A DNA stretch of 63,437 nt, counting the filler, from Reclinomonas americana ATCC 50394 (lineage: Eukaryota), in NCBI GenBank assembly GCA_048213135.1. It is 10 parts of 4 records of this genome, joined end to end, with 100 filler letters (N's around TTAATTAATTAA, not from the genome) between each part and the next. Parts side by side here need not be neighbours in the genome. Positions count along the whole stretch, not along the records: positions 33,837 to 41,800 come from PS015043.1; positions 41,901 to 52,999 come from PS015043.1; 8 more parts are not named here. The stretch is one strand, 5' to 3'. Position numbers and translations under genes: made by a program. Below are positions 38,829 to 52,000 of this stretch, piece after piece. A model generated the notes under the pieces. It saw nothing but the letters and a program-made list of their open reading frames with translations, was not told the origin of the DNA and made no database searches. Numbering within the stretch: the first letter of the stretch is position 1; each line of letters begins with the position of its first letter.

Positions 38829-41547
38829 TCAAGGAGGTGGTGGTGGCCTTTGGCCGGGTCCACCCGCCGGCGGAGGGAATGTACCAGGCGCACCGTGAGG
38901 CATTCCAAACGGGAACATGCCACCGACACCCGGATGTACGCCCCCTGCTCCCAAGCCCGGGTGCATGCCCGTCATGATGCCGGGGTGCATTCCCGCCGCA
39001 AAGGGATTCGGACCCACCGCGCCCGCAATCGGCGCCGCACTTGGATCGTGCGGAATGATGTTCTGTCGCTCCATGTATTGCAAAACGTGCTCGGCGGTCT
39101 TCTCCGGCTCGTCCTCCATCACCACGTGGCCCGTACCGTAAATGAGGGACATTTGGAACTTGCCCTGCGTTGCAGTGGATGAGGGCCAGAAGACAGAGAA
39201 TGAGGGATGTGACGATACACAACTTGCATCTGCGCAATGGTGAGAGGTCGGTCCAGTCGATCGGTGCCGGCGACGAGCAGCAGCTTCGGGCAGTGGATGC
39301 CCAAGAAGAGTTCAGAGAGGCCCTGGAACCAGCCTGCGACAAAAAATAGCGTCAGAACGGAATTCTCCTGCTCCCTTCTTTCAAGACACGACCCACCCTT
39401 CCAGTACGGCTCGGTGGCCGCCAGATCCGTGCGCCACACCCACACGCCGCGCTCGTCCTGCTTCAGCTGCGGCGGGACCGACAACTGGGCGCTCTTTTTG
39501 TTGCGCACTTGGTTCGTCTTGACGCTGTGTGGAGAAGAGAAAAAACATGAGGACGCAGTGCAGCGATCGATTATCCTTGCCCCCTCCACGCAAACGCAAC
39601 GCCCAGGCAATGGCCTTGCGCAGCGACGCAAACTCGGGCGGCCGATTGGCCAGCACAGCACTCATGTGCGACAGCGAGGCCATCGCCGTGCCTTCGACCA
39701 CATCGACGACCACCAGGCCGGCGAGGTGCTCGCGTCGGAGACCATAGTCTGCCTCGAGGATGTTGGACTCGATGGCGTGCGCCAGGCGAATGGCAATGGC
39801 TCCGCCCAGACTATGCGTGCGCGCGCACGGAATGTCAGGAGAGAGGAAAATGCAAGGCAGAGTCATCTTGGTGGTACCTGTGACCGGCGACCACTACGGG
39901 CGGCATGTCGTCTCCGAACACGGCCTTCAACACCGCCGCCGTGTCGTGCACGAGGTTCTCGGCGGAGAGCACGCTCTCATCGAGTGCGTGGTCGGCGTCG
40001 ATGAGACGGGTGCCACCTGAGCGAGTATGTAAGAAGAGAGAGAGATAGGCGGTGGCAAGCAAGGGAGCGGTGCGAACCGTGTCCGCGGAAATCAAACGCC
40101 AGCAGCGGGCATCGACCGCGAATGTGACGCTGCAACGGTCGGCAAGTCAGTGATAGAGAGAGAGAGAGAGATTGAGCTCGCCAGCTGACGAAACTGCCGC
40201 AAAAGCCCACGACAGCGACGTGTGCCCACCGCCATGCAGCAGGAGGAGAATCGGCGGTCGCGTGTCGTCCTCATCGCCCTTTTCTTCCCCTTCGGCAGCC
40301 TCTTGTTTCCGCGGACTGGCGCGGTACACGAGGCACTCGAGGTTGCGCGAGGCCAGTGTCACGTGCTCTCGCGTGTCGAAGTACTCGCTCCACTGATCGG
40401 AGGCGTCCTCCACGGAGGGGTCGTCGCCTGTGGCGCGGCAAGGGATGAGTATTACGGCTCTCTCAAGGAGCAGGGCGAAGCGACAAGCATTGAGAAGAGT
40501 GAACAACATGGTCTTCGGGCACGGTAAACAAAAGAGAAGACATGTAAAGCGGTGCATCGACGCGATCTCTGAGGCAAACAACGCAGACGAAGAGCAATCA
40601 AACAAACGTGCATCACCGCATTCGCTGTCGATATGAAAGAGCACGAACGACCAATGCCATTTCTCAGTGGAGGAAGAGGTGAGACGGAGACGGAAGAGAA
40701 CATCTGCATCGCGGCTTTCTCTGTTGACATCAAAGAGCAGCACGAATGACAGTTGGCTTCCTTCACGCCTCAGCATGAGAAGAAGGAAAGACGCAGAGTC
40801 TGTTGACATCAAAGAGCAGCACGAAAGACCGACGCCATTCTTCCCGCCTCTGCATGAGAAGAAGGAAAGACACAGACTGTTGGCACGGACACCATTCTTC
40901 CAGCCTCTGCATGAGAAGAGGACAGACACAGAGACTATTGATATGAAAGAGCAGCACGAAGACCGACGCCATTCTTCCCGCTTCTGCAAGAGAAGAAGGA
41001 AAGACACAGAGACTGTTGACATCAGAGGGCAGCACGAAAGACCGACGCCATTCTTCCCGCCTCTGCATGGGAAGAGGAACGACACAGAGACTGTTGATAT
41101 GAAAGAGCAGCACGAAGACCGATGCCATTCTTCCCGCCTCTGCAAGAGAAGAAGGAAAGACACAGAGACTGGTGGCATTGGAGGGCAGCACGAAAGACCG
41201 ACGCCATTCTTCCCGCTCCGGCATGAGAAGAAGGAAAGACACAGAGTCTGTTGGCAATGCACGAATGACCGACGCCATTCTTCCAGCCTCTCGACGAGAA
41301 GAGGAAAGACACAGAGTCTGTTGATATGAAAGAGCAGCACGAAAGACCGACCCCATTCATCCCTCTGCGTCTCTCTGTGCGTCCATTCACCCCCCGCAGC
41401 ACTCGCAGCTGCTGATCCCGACGCTCTTGCCGCTCCCGTGGCTCCCATGATTCGCGATGCAGGAGGCGGCATTCCACCGCCAGGTCCACGCGGAGGCAAT
41501 CCGCTGCCTCCTCCACTGCCACCTCTCAGAGAAGAGAGTCGATCCAT
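38829..41547 (-). CDS. PPME1: Protein phosphatase methylesterase 1 (PME-1)
   Basis: WSEYFD..LLHGGGHTSLSWA..DFRGHG..GH|SLGGAIA..VVDVVEGTAM..WRTDL..GWFQGLS..KLLLVAGTDRLDRPLTIAQMQ|GKFQ..GHVVMEDEP; Pro/Gly/Met-rich tail. Confidence 0.95.
40720..41350. repeat. ~60-bp minisatellite (alternating dimer of ~122 bp) in PPME1 intron 1
   Basis: Repeated GACACAGAGACTGTTGA..AGAGCAGCACGAA(A)GACCGACGCCATTCTTCCCGCCTCTGCA. Confidence 0.85.
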
Positions 41548-41752
41548 GTCTGAGCAAAAGAGGCAGAGAGTGTGAGAATGAGGGAGGGAGTTGTCTCCAC
41601 AATGCTATTCTTGGTGAATCTATCGCGATGCATGCACGGGTGTGTGAAAGAGTGTGTGTGTGTGTGAGAGAGAGAGAGTGAGTGAGAGTGTGTGTGTGTG
41701 TGAGAGAGAGGGAAAGTGAGAGAAATGCGAGTGAGTATCCGTGCTCATTGCG

Positions 41753-41799
<47 letters not shown>

Positions 41800-41938
41800 C
41801 NNNNNNNNNNNNNNNNNNNNNNNNNNNNNNNNNNNNNNNNNNNNTTAATTAATTAANNNNNNNNNNNNNNNNNNNNNNNNNNNNNNNNNNNNNNNNNNNN
41901 GGTGAGTGAGAGAGAGAGAGAGAGAAGGGAGGCGAGGT

Positions 41939-41980
<42 letters not shown>

Positions 41981-42438
41981 CGTGTGTGTGTGTGTTTGTG
42001 AGAGAGGCGCGTTGTGTCTGAAAACCAAGTGTGTGAGGGTTTGCGTGTTCACTGATGCAGCTGGACGCTCGTGCCTGCGTTATCAGTGTCTCTCTCTTGC
42101 ACGTACACATGCTCTTTGCTCTCTGCTCTTCTCATGTGAGCGCTTGCATTCGTGTGAACGTATTGTCGGACAGACACTTTTCTCAACTCCTCACTCACGC
42201 TCACTCTTCTCCACTCTCCTCCTGCACGCACACGCACGCATACAGCCTCCCTCTCTCTGTTCCTCTCTCACACGCACACTCTCTCCTCTCACACACATGC
42301 TGTCCATCTCTTACAAATCGAACTAAACTGCTCCTGTATCTCACCCTTCCTCCCACTCTCTCCTGTTCACTCACTCACACTTCTCCAACTCCCTTCTTCT
42401 TCTTTTCTTCTTTTCTTTCTTCCTTCTGCGGACGCGAC

Positions 42439-45400
42439 ATGTCGGTAAATTGACCAATTGACCACTGCAGAACACATTGACGACGGAGTCTGCGCGCCCG
42501 TCGACCACGTTGCGCTGCTCTCACTCGCCCCCTTGTACTGACTGCTCCCTTCCAGTTTGCCTCATGCATGTGTGTGTGTGTCTTCTGCAGATTGGCGACA
42601 CCGACGGACGTGACCAGTTTCGTATTTTGTGGTTTCCATTGCTGTGCTTTGTAGTGGTGCTCACCGCCCTCCTCAGACACCATGACGTTTGCGTCTCCCG
42701 CCGGCCGCTACCACGCGCTCTCCAGCTCTGCGCCAGAGACGTTTGGTCTGTTGAGGGAGCTGCAGGAGAGCAGTCGCGGCGTCGATCGTGAATGCAGGGC
42801 CACTCTAGACAAGGTCCGCGTTCTTGTGACCGCGCTTCTGCCCTTTCTTCGTGCTCATGAAACCCCACGTGCAGCTCATGACTGGCCCCTCCAAAGCTCT
42901 GGATGTCGGCGAGCGGCTGCAGCTGGCCACCGCCATTCGTCAAATGTACTACGACAAGTACGCCCTCAGCAACGCGCTAATGACGGCGCCGCCACCCGTC
43001 AGCATGCCGCCACTGCGCCAACCGCCGCCGGCTGCCGCTCTCGCTCGCCAGCAGCAGCAAAATGGCGACAGTGCGAGGCCGCAGACGGCGCCCAGTGGGT
43101 CGTTGTCGGCGTGGACCGCCAATGGCCACGCTAGTGGTGCTCGTCAGCCGCAGCAGCAACAGCAGCAGCAGCAACAGCCAGCGCGCATGTCGGCATTGAC
43201 ACCGCGGTACGAGGCGCAAGAGATCATGCAGGAGGCGGAGTCGGAGGTCGCGCCGCCTCAGGAGCTGGCCTCCTCCCTCCTTGCCAACATTGGCGGTCCC
43301 GGTGCGTGTCTCCACGGTCCACTGATCGTCTGACATGGNNNNNNNNNNNNNNNNNNNNNNNNNNNNNNNNNNNNNNNNNNNNNNNNNNNNNNNNNNNNNN
43401 NNNNNNNNNNNNNNNNNNNNNNNNNNNNNNNNNNNNNNNNNNNNNNNNNNNNNNNNNNNNNNNNNNNNNTTGGTCTTCCCCCTTGGTCTTCCCCCTTGTC
43501 TTCCCCCTTCACCTTCCCCTATCGTCTTCCCCCATGCTCTTCCCCCCTGCCTTCCCCCCTGCCTTCCCCCTTCTCTTCCTCCTTGTCTTTCCCTTGTTTT
43601 CCCCTTTCTCCCTTCCCCCTTCCTCCTTCCTCCTTCCCCCTTCCCCCTTCCTCCTTCCCCCTTCTCCCCTTCTCCCCTTCCCTTCCCCCTTCCTCCTTCC
43701 CCCTTCCCCTTCTCCCCTTCCCCTCCCCACTCATCCCCTTCTCCCCCATCGCAGAATCATCCCCAGCCGCCCCCTCCTCCGACCCAGCCACCATGTCGGA
43801 GCGCCTTCGTGCGGAGCTCGGATGGGCCACGGCGCTGCGCACGGTGCTGCGCGACAACGAGACCGAGGTTTGTGCCACCTTCTGTTCATTCCCTCACCCC
43901 TTCTCTCTTCACCCTCACTCACTTTCACCGCCGCTGCCACAGCTGGAACTGACGGAAGGCGAGTTTGTGCGCGTCATTGAGCAGCACGCCAGCGGTTGGT
44001 GGATTGTGCAGAACCGAAAGGGCGCCGTCGGACTCGTACATGTGGGCTCGCTGTCGGTGCCGCCCGGGCTGGTTTGTGGCGCAGATGAGAGTTTTCCCTC
44101 TCCGCCTGGGAGCTGACTGGTTTTATTGATTGCTTCCAGGTTCCCGTGTCGGTGGAGCACCGCTCGCCGGTCAACGCTGGTCGCCTGAAGGGTGTCGACG
44201 ATGTGGACCTGGATCGCACGTTCCGCGCGTCATTTGTCGGCTCGCCGGTGGTACTGGCCGCGGATGGGTCTGAGGAGGCGTTGCTGGTGAGAATCCATGA
44301 GGAAGAGAGAGATGTGCTGAGGAACCTCGCTGACTTTGTGCTAAAGGGACGTGGTGGTGGCGGCGGTTCTGACGCTCGCTCGTCACCTGTTGCGTTCTGC
44401 CGGCCACTCGCACGCGCCGCCCCCCATCTCACAAAATGTGCATGTTTGCAGTTCACTGCTGCCGTCGTGTCGCCACCGCCCGCTCCTCGAGTGGTTGTTT
44501 CTTCTCCCGCACTTGTTACGTCTCTTGCCTCATACGTTTTCTTCAATGCCAGTATCTGACCAGCACTCTCTCATTTCCTCATCACGGTAGGCGCCTGCCA
44601 CACGTCCCGCTGATAGTGTTGCGTGATTGATTACCTTCTCCGTGGCCGAACTCATCCTCTCGTTGTTGTCTCACTCCCATCGGCGCAGCGGGCACATACG
44701 CGTTCACATTTTGACGACACTGCATCGCTGTCAACGCAACCGCAACAAGAGACCTTCTCCACTCGTTCGACGCCAGCTGCCAACGGCTCCAGCGCCGTGG
44801 TCTCTATGGCCGTACTGGTGAGACTGGCCGGGCGTTGTGGTGTGTGCGACTTGTAGCGACGAGTCCTGACTTGTGTTGTCGCAGAAACGACCGACTCGCG
44901 ATGATACTGCTGGTAAGAGTAACTTTACGCTCTTGGCCTCCTTCTCATCTCATCCCCACCTGCTCCAGAAACCCTGCTGCGCGTCTGTGCCNNNNNNNNN
45001 NNNNNNNNNNNNNNNNNNNNNNNNNNNNNNNNNNNNNNNNNNNNNNNNNNNNNNNNNNNNNNNNNNNNNNNNNNNNNNNNNNNNNNNNNNNNNNNNNNNN
45101 NNNNNNNNNNNNNNNNNNNNNNNNNNNNNNNNNNNNNNNNNNNNNNNNNNNNNNNNNNNNNNNNNNNNNNNNNNNNNNNNNNNNNNNNNNNNNNNNNNNN
45201 NNNNNNNNNNNNNNNNNNNNNNNNNNNNNNNNNNNNNNNNNNNNNNNNNNNNNNNNNNNNNNNNNNNNNNNNNNNNNNNNNNNNNNNNNNNNNNNNNNNN
45301 NNNNNNNNNNNNNNNNNNNNNNNNNNNNNNNNNNNNNNNNNNNNNNNNNNNNNNNNNNNNNNNNNNNNNNNNNNNNNNNNNNNNNNNNNNNNNNNNNNNN

Positions 45401-45721
45401 NNNNNNNNNNNNNNNNNNNNNNNNNNNNNNNNNNNNNNNNNNNNNNNNNNNNNNNNTCGCTTCCGCGCCAACAATTTTACCGTGGGCTCACCACCGTTGC
45501 AAGTGATTCCATCGCCGCGGCCAGCGACGATTGCGCCAGCGGTGCCGCCGCTTCCACTCAGCGCACAGTCCTCACCCGGCCTGTCCCCGACCAGCGGCAG
45601 CAAACCGGTGTCGCTGGGGAGCATCAATCCACCCTCGCCTCGACTGAACATCAATCGATTCAACGCCAGCTCCATGTTGACGGCAGTGCCACCACCCTCC
45701 TTCCTCTTGCCGCGGCGATAA
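42439..45721 (+). CDS. SH3-domain, Pro/Gln-rich adaptor-like protein (start uncertain; 42439 needs a homopolymer correction, otherwise 42682)
   Basis: ATALRTVLRDNETE|LELTEGEFVRVIEQHASGWWIVQNRKGAVGL|VP = SH3 signature. Proline-rich last exon ends in TAA at 45719-45721. Confidence 0.75.
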
Positions 45722-45785
45722 TTTTTCCTCCACGAGAAGTAAAGGTAAATTTTGCATGACAAAAGTGAGACTATACGAGCAGTGT

Positions 45786-45978
45786 TTACTGCGGTGGCGG
45801 TGGAGGCGGTGGCGGAGGTGGTGGAGCCTGTTGTTGGGCGGCCACACCCACAACTGGATGCATGTGCGACTGCTGTGGCGGCAGTGGCGGCAGACCAGGG
45901 TACGCAGCGTACTGCATGGCGTATGCCGGGTGAGCAACTGCCGGTGCCGTGGCAGTGGGAGTTGTCACCTGCTGCTGC

Positions 45979-46016
<38 letters not shown>

Positions 46017-46038
46017 TTGCTGTTGCTGCTGCTGTTGC

Positions 46039-46070
<32 letters not shown>

Positions 46071-49000
46071 CTGCTGTTGCTGACGCTGTTGTTGCATGTG
46101 TTGCGCTTGGTACGTCTGCGAACAATACAGAGTTAAGAGACATCACACAAACAATGCGGTCGGTGCTACACACCTGGAAGTAATGGGCGGTCAGCGAACG
46201 ACGCATCGCATCGAGTTGCGCAGGTGTGGTGTTGGGAGGCAGTGGAACTGCGGCGGCCGCCGCCGCCGCCATTTGCTGCAGGTGTTGCAGTTGCTGCTGA
46301 TTGTGCTGCTGTTGCTGCTGCTGCTGTTGGTAGTAGGCGTAGTATGCAGCCTGTGCATCGTAGACTTGTTGCGGTGTTGTAGCTGTGGCGATTGGAACGG
46401 ATGCCGCTGGCACTGGTGCCGCAGTCTGCGGCAGGGAAGGAGCCGGAGGCAGCTGCGGGGGTGGCGGCATGGTGCTCTTGGCGACGGCACTCTGCGGCAT
46501 GGTCGGCATCATCATCGACGAGTATGGCACGCTCGATCCGACCACAGTTGGCGTCTTCACGGCTGGCGACGGCATCATGGGCTGCATTCGAGACGCTTGC
46601 GTCACAGCGGGAGGAGGCGTCACCAGAGCCGGCGCCGTCGATCCTGGCATTGCCAGGCTCGGCGGCAGCGGCGGCAGACCCGCAGGTAGAGGTGGGACGG
46701 CAGGGACAGCGACTGGGGGTGGTCGGGTGCTCGTCACCGGCGCTCCCGGCGGACGGTTGACGNNNNNNNNNNNNNNNNNNNNNNNNNNNNNNNNNNNNNN
46801 NNNNNNNNNNNNNNNNNNNNNNNNNNNNNNNNNNNNNNNNNNNNNNNNNNNNNNNNNNNNNNNNNNNNNNNNNNNNNNNNNNNNNNNNNNNNNNNNNNNN
46901 NNNNNNNNNNNNNNNNNNNNNNNNNNNNNNNNNNNNNNNNNNNNNNNNNNNNNNNNNNNNNNNNNNNNNNNNNNNNNNNNNNNNNNNNNNNNNNNNNNNN
47001 NNNNNNNNNNNNNNNNNNNGGCGCGTGCGCGCACGCGGAGGGCGTTCCTCGAGGGTCGTCACCGAGTCGGTGACACCGGCTACATTGATCCCGATCGGAT
47101 CGACGACTGGGCGACCATCGTGAACCAAGCGCGCGCCGCTGCCTCTGCCGCCGCCACCAACACTCCCACGACCACCACCACGACAGCCACCACGCCGGCC
47201 AGTGGTGCCGGTCGGGGCGCGCCTGCGGGTGGAGCTCGACCNNNNNNNNNNNNNNNNNNNNNNNNNNNNNNNNNNNNNNNNNNNNNNNNNNNNNNNNNNN
47301 NNNNNNNNNNNNNNNNNNNNNNNNNNNNNNNNNNNNNNNNNNNNNNNNNNNNNNNNNNNNNNNNNNNNNNNNNNNNNNNNNNNNNNNNNNNNNNNNNNNN
47401 NNNNNNNNNNNNNNNNNNNNNNNNNNNNNNNNNNNNNNNNNNNNNNNNNNNNNNNNNNNNNNNNNNNNNNNNNNNNNNNNNNNNNNNNGCCATGTCATCG
47501 ACAAACACCGACAACCTGGCACTCGACTGCGGGGCATCGTAGCCCGGCGGGATCACGACAGGCACTGCCCCGAGGAAAAAAAGGTGAGAAGCGAGCGAGC
47601 GAGAGTCAAACAAGCGACGCACCATCGGCTGAGGTGGTGCTCAACCAAAACTCGGAATTCGGCCGCTCCACACTGCGCTGCGCCATGGCATCCCGGTGGC
47701 GCACCATGGCCATTTTTGTCTTGGCATAGAAATCCGACAACAGCAAGCCAGCTCGCACATCTGATGATGCAGCAACTCAGTAACGACCGCAGAGGGCTCA
47801 CCATGACCACACATGTGCAGTAGCTCACCGTACGGGGTGTTTTCGGTGAGTGGGCGTCTTGACGGCACGTCGCCGACCACAAAGTGGCGCGGACCCTGCA
47901 CATTGGAATGAATATCGGAGAGCAGGCGTGGCGGCATCTCTTTCACATCGCACGCAACTCGTGCCACGCGCTTCGCCTCCTTGGTGATGACATTCATCAC
48001 TCGCCAGTGCAGCATGGGGCCAGAACGACGGCGCGTGTGGCCGATGCGTGTGTTGAAGGCCACTGCCAACTCGGTCCAGTTGACTGCGCAGAGTGACCGA
48101 GAAGTGAGAAGCACTCGAGATGCAGAGGGTAAAGGCGAGAGAACAAAAAACGATGCCGCGCACCGCCAAGCACGTCCTCCTCGGCGATCTGCAAAAGATC
48201 CTTCCCAATCGCGTCAACCAGCACCTGGATGAGCACCGCATCCTCGGCCGATGTCCAGTTGGTTGTCGATCGCTCGCTGCACATGGAGAGGGCGATGAGA
48301 AGAAACTGGAATGAGGAGAAATGGGGAAAGGAAAAAGGGAAGACAGAGAGGGAGCTGCGAGAGGAGAAAAAGGGAAGGGAAGACAGAGAAAGCAGCGAGA
48401 GGAAGGGAGCAGCGAGAGAAGTAGCAAGGGAGAGTGAAAAAGCAGCGCGAGAGGAATGGAGCAGTGCGAGAGGAAAGGAGCAGTGCGAGAGGAAAGGAGC
48501 AGTGCGAGAGGAAAGGAGCAGTGCGAGAGGAAAGGAGCAGTGCGAGAGGAAAGGAGCAGTGCGAGAGGAAAGGAGCAGTGCGAGAGGAAAGGAGCAGTGC
48601 GAGAGGAAAGGAGCAGTGCGAGAGGAAAGAAGCACAGAGAGGAAAGAAGCACAGAGAGGAATGGAGCAGCGAGACGACAAGGCTGCAAAACAAGGGGAGA
48701 AACGGAAGACTGAGATGCGGCAGACGTCAAGCAACCACACACCCATATCTTCCAAGGGTCGTTGGAGGAACATCGACAGGGTACTTGCCGGGATTCTATC
48801 GATACACATCCACGTGAGGCAACTCGCAATCATCGCAACGCACTCTGTGACAACACAGCTCACCGATACTTGCGGCAGTGGCTTGTTGCGATACACACGA
48901 GGTACACGGATAACACTGACATCGTGTGGATCGTCCTCCACTGCATCTAAAAAGTACACCTTGCCCTGCAAGCGAAGAGACGCATGAGTGAAATGCAATG

Positions 49001-52000
49001 CAATGCACTTCACCTCAATACCCCTCTCCTTCCACCACGCAACGACATCCAACGCCTGCGCCTCGGCAGCTTTGATCGGTAGTGACGAGTACAGCTCACT
49101 GTCGTCACAGAAGCAGGAAAGAAGTAACAGTGAGACTGTGGAAGTGCAGTTGCGTGCGTGTGTGTGTGTGTGTGTGTGTTTGACCCAGGGTTTTTTGTGA
49201 GGGNNNNNNNNNNNNNNNNNNNNNNNNNNNNNNNNNNNNNNNNNNNNNNNNNNNNNNNNNNNNNNNNNNNNNNNNNNNNNNNNNNNNNNNNNNNNNNNNN
49301 NNNNNNNNNNNNNNNNNNNNNNNNNNNNNNNNNNNNNNNNNNNNNNNNNNNNNNNNNNNNNNNNNNNNNNNNNNNNNNNNNNNNNNNNNNNNNNNNNNNN
49401 NNNNNNNNNNNNNNNNNNNNNNNNNNNNNNNNNNNNNNNNNNNNNNNNNNNNNNNNNNNNNNNNNNNNNNNNNNNNNNNNNNNNNNNNNNNNNNNNNNNN
49501 NNNNNNNNNNNNNNNNNNNNNNNNNNNNNNNNNNNNNNNNNNNNNNNNNNNNNNNNNNNNNNNNNNNNNNNNNNNNNNNNNNNNNNNNNNNNNNNNNNNN
49601 NNNNNNNNNNNNNNNNNNNNNNNNNNNNNNNNNNNNNNNNNNNNNNNNNNNNNNNNNNNNNNNNNNNNNNNNNNNNNNNNNNNNNNNNNNNNNNNNNNNN
49701 NNNNNNNNNNNNNNNNNNNNNNNNNNNNNNNNNNNNNNNNNNNNNNNNNNNNNNNNNNNNNNNNNNNNNNNNNNNNNNNNNNNNNNNNNNNNNNNNNNNN
49801 NNNNNNNNNNNNNNNNNNNNNNNNNNNNNNNNNNNNNNNNNNNNNNNNNNNNNNNNNNNNNNNNNNNNNNNNNNNNNNNNNNNNNNNNNNNNNNNNNNNN
49901 NNNNNNNNNNNNNNNNNNNNNNNNNNNNNNNNNNNNNNNNNNNNNNNNNNNNNNNNNNNNNNNNNNNNNNNNNNNNNNNNNNNNNNNNNNNNNNNNNNNN
50001 NNNNNNNNNNNNNNNNNNNNNNNNNNNNNNNNNNNNNNNNNNNNNNNNNNNNNNNNNNNNNNNNNNNNNNNNNNNNNNNNNNNNNNNNNNNNNNNNNNNN
50101 NNNNNNNNNNNNNNNNNNNNNNNTGCGCTTGTCCGGCAGGCCCATCATCATCTTCTGGCTCCAGTGCCGCATTGGCTGCTGCTGCTGCTGCTGCTGCCGC
50201 CGCTGCTTCTGCTGCCACCCCCGGTACCGCAGCTGGAGGTGTCTCGTCGGAGTCCAAGCCTTCGGCCATGCGATTGCTGAGCTCGGCGCAGATGGCGAGG
50301 AGGCGACCAGCGAAGGAGTTGTGTCTGTCACCGCTGTCTTCACCCACGGCGGAGGCGGACGATGACGGCAATGAAGATGAAGAGAAGCTGACGTACAAGG
50401 TTCGGCGTGGGGAAGAAGAAGTCGGGTGCATGTGTCCGTGTGGTCGCTCGCCATCTCCTCCGCTCGGACGCCCACATGTGCTCTGTGAAACAGGTAGGGG
50501 CCGCCACTCTACGCCAGCAATTGCAACAGATCGACTATGTGCTGTGTGCCGAAGATCGGTGCGNNNNNNNNNNNNNNNNNNNNNNNNNNNNNNNNNNNNN
50601 NNNNNNNNNNNNNNNNNNNNNNNNNNNNNNNNNNNNNNNNNNNNNNNNNNNNNNNNNNNNNNNNNNNNNNNTGTGAGTGTTCATCGTGCAGCGGAATCAA
50701 GGCGACTGCAGCAAACAACACACCAGCATGACCATTCATCTGGCCCTCCTGCTCCGCGAGCTGTGCCTCGATCTGCTCCAGCTGCAGAAGTCGCTGGTAA
50801 TTGCCGGGGAAGAAGAAGTTCTCCTCCATGTACCGCAAGGCGTAACTGTGCAGTCAATGGGATTAGCGGCCTCGCATGTGCGGAATCGAGCAGGGGGAGA
50901 TACGTCACGCAACAGTTGAACTGGAGAGAGCATCTTCAGCACGAGTTCTACACCGGCGTCGCCCGGCACGAGGTCCTCTGGAATCTGACCGGCACGACCG
51001 GCTGCAATGCCCGACGGACCGGCACCACCCTGTGAAAGCGGCGCGATGAAGGTGAGAAAAGAAGGAGTCAACAAGGGGAGGCACGAAGATCACGCACATC
51101 TTCGTCAACAAATTCAGACAGTTCCTCTTGCTGCTCCCGTCGCGCCACAGCCGCCGCTGATCAACCAAAAGTGGAGAGTCAGAAAACAAGCAGTGCACAG
51201 GAATCGTAGAACATCGAAGAAAACGCAACCAGCCACGTCGTTCTCGTCCTCCACCGACGCCAGCGCCGCATCCAACTCAGCCTGTGAGCGCGGAGTTGGA
51301 CGAGCGTTTGCTGCTGCACCACGCGCGCCACTGACAGGCGCAGGCGGAGGCGCGGCAGCAGTGGCCGCGCTGCTCGGAATGGATTCGTCGCCAAACAGTG
51401 CGCGGGCATCCAGTTTTTGGAAGAAGTCGGTGGTGAAACCGGCACTCTGCATACACATGTGCAACTCAATCAGCACATGCAAAGTTACACAGCGCAGGAA
51501 CCGTACTCACCTGAATCACAAGCGAGTCCAAGTCGCGCTTCTGCTGGGCTTTGAGCAAAATGTTCTCCTCCACCGTGGCCTCCGACACCAAACGATAAAT
51601 GTGCACATCACGCGTCTGCCCAATGCGATGACACCGGTCCTGCGCCTGCGCGTCCATGGCCGGATTCCAGTCCGAGTCAAAGAACACCACCGTGTCGGCG
51701 CCCGTCAGATTGATGCCCAGACCGCCGGAGCGTGTGGACAGAATAAAGCAAAACACGCGATCGTCCGTGTTGAAGCGCTCGACCAGCATCTGACGCCGTT
51801 CAATCGGCGTTGAGCCGTCGAGACGTGAATACGTGTGGCCGTGCAAACACAGAAAAGTCTCCAGAATGTCCAACACACGCGACATTTGCGTGAATATCAG
51901 CACACGATGTCCTTCGCGCTTCAACCGTTTCAACAGCACGTCCAGTGTCTGCGCGACGCGGGGATGAGTAAATCAGGAAGAGAGGAACTCTCTCTCTCCT

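Noticed and set aside
40147-41547. Long repetitive ORFs (466 aa here; also 17459-18964, 48229-48987 and poly-CV/HT/ER ORFs)
   Set aside because: They run through intronic mini/microsatellites or N gaps; the real exons are flanked by splice sites and match known proteins.
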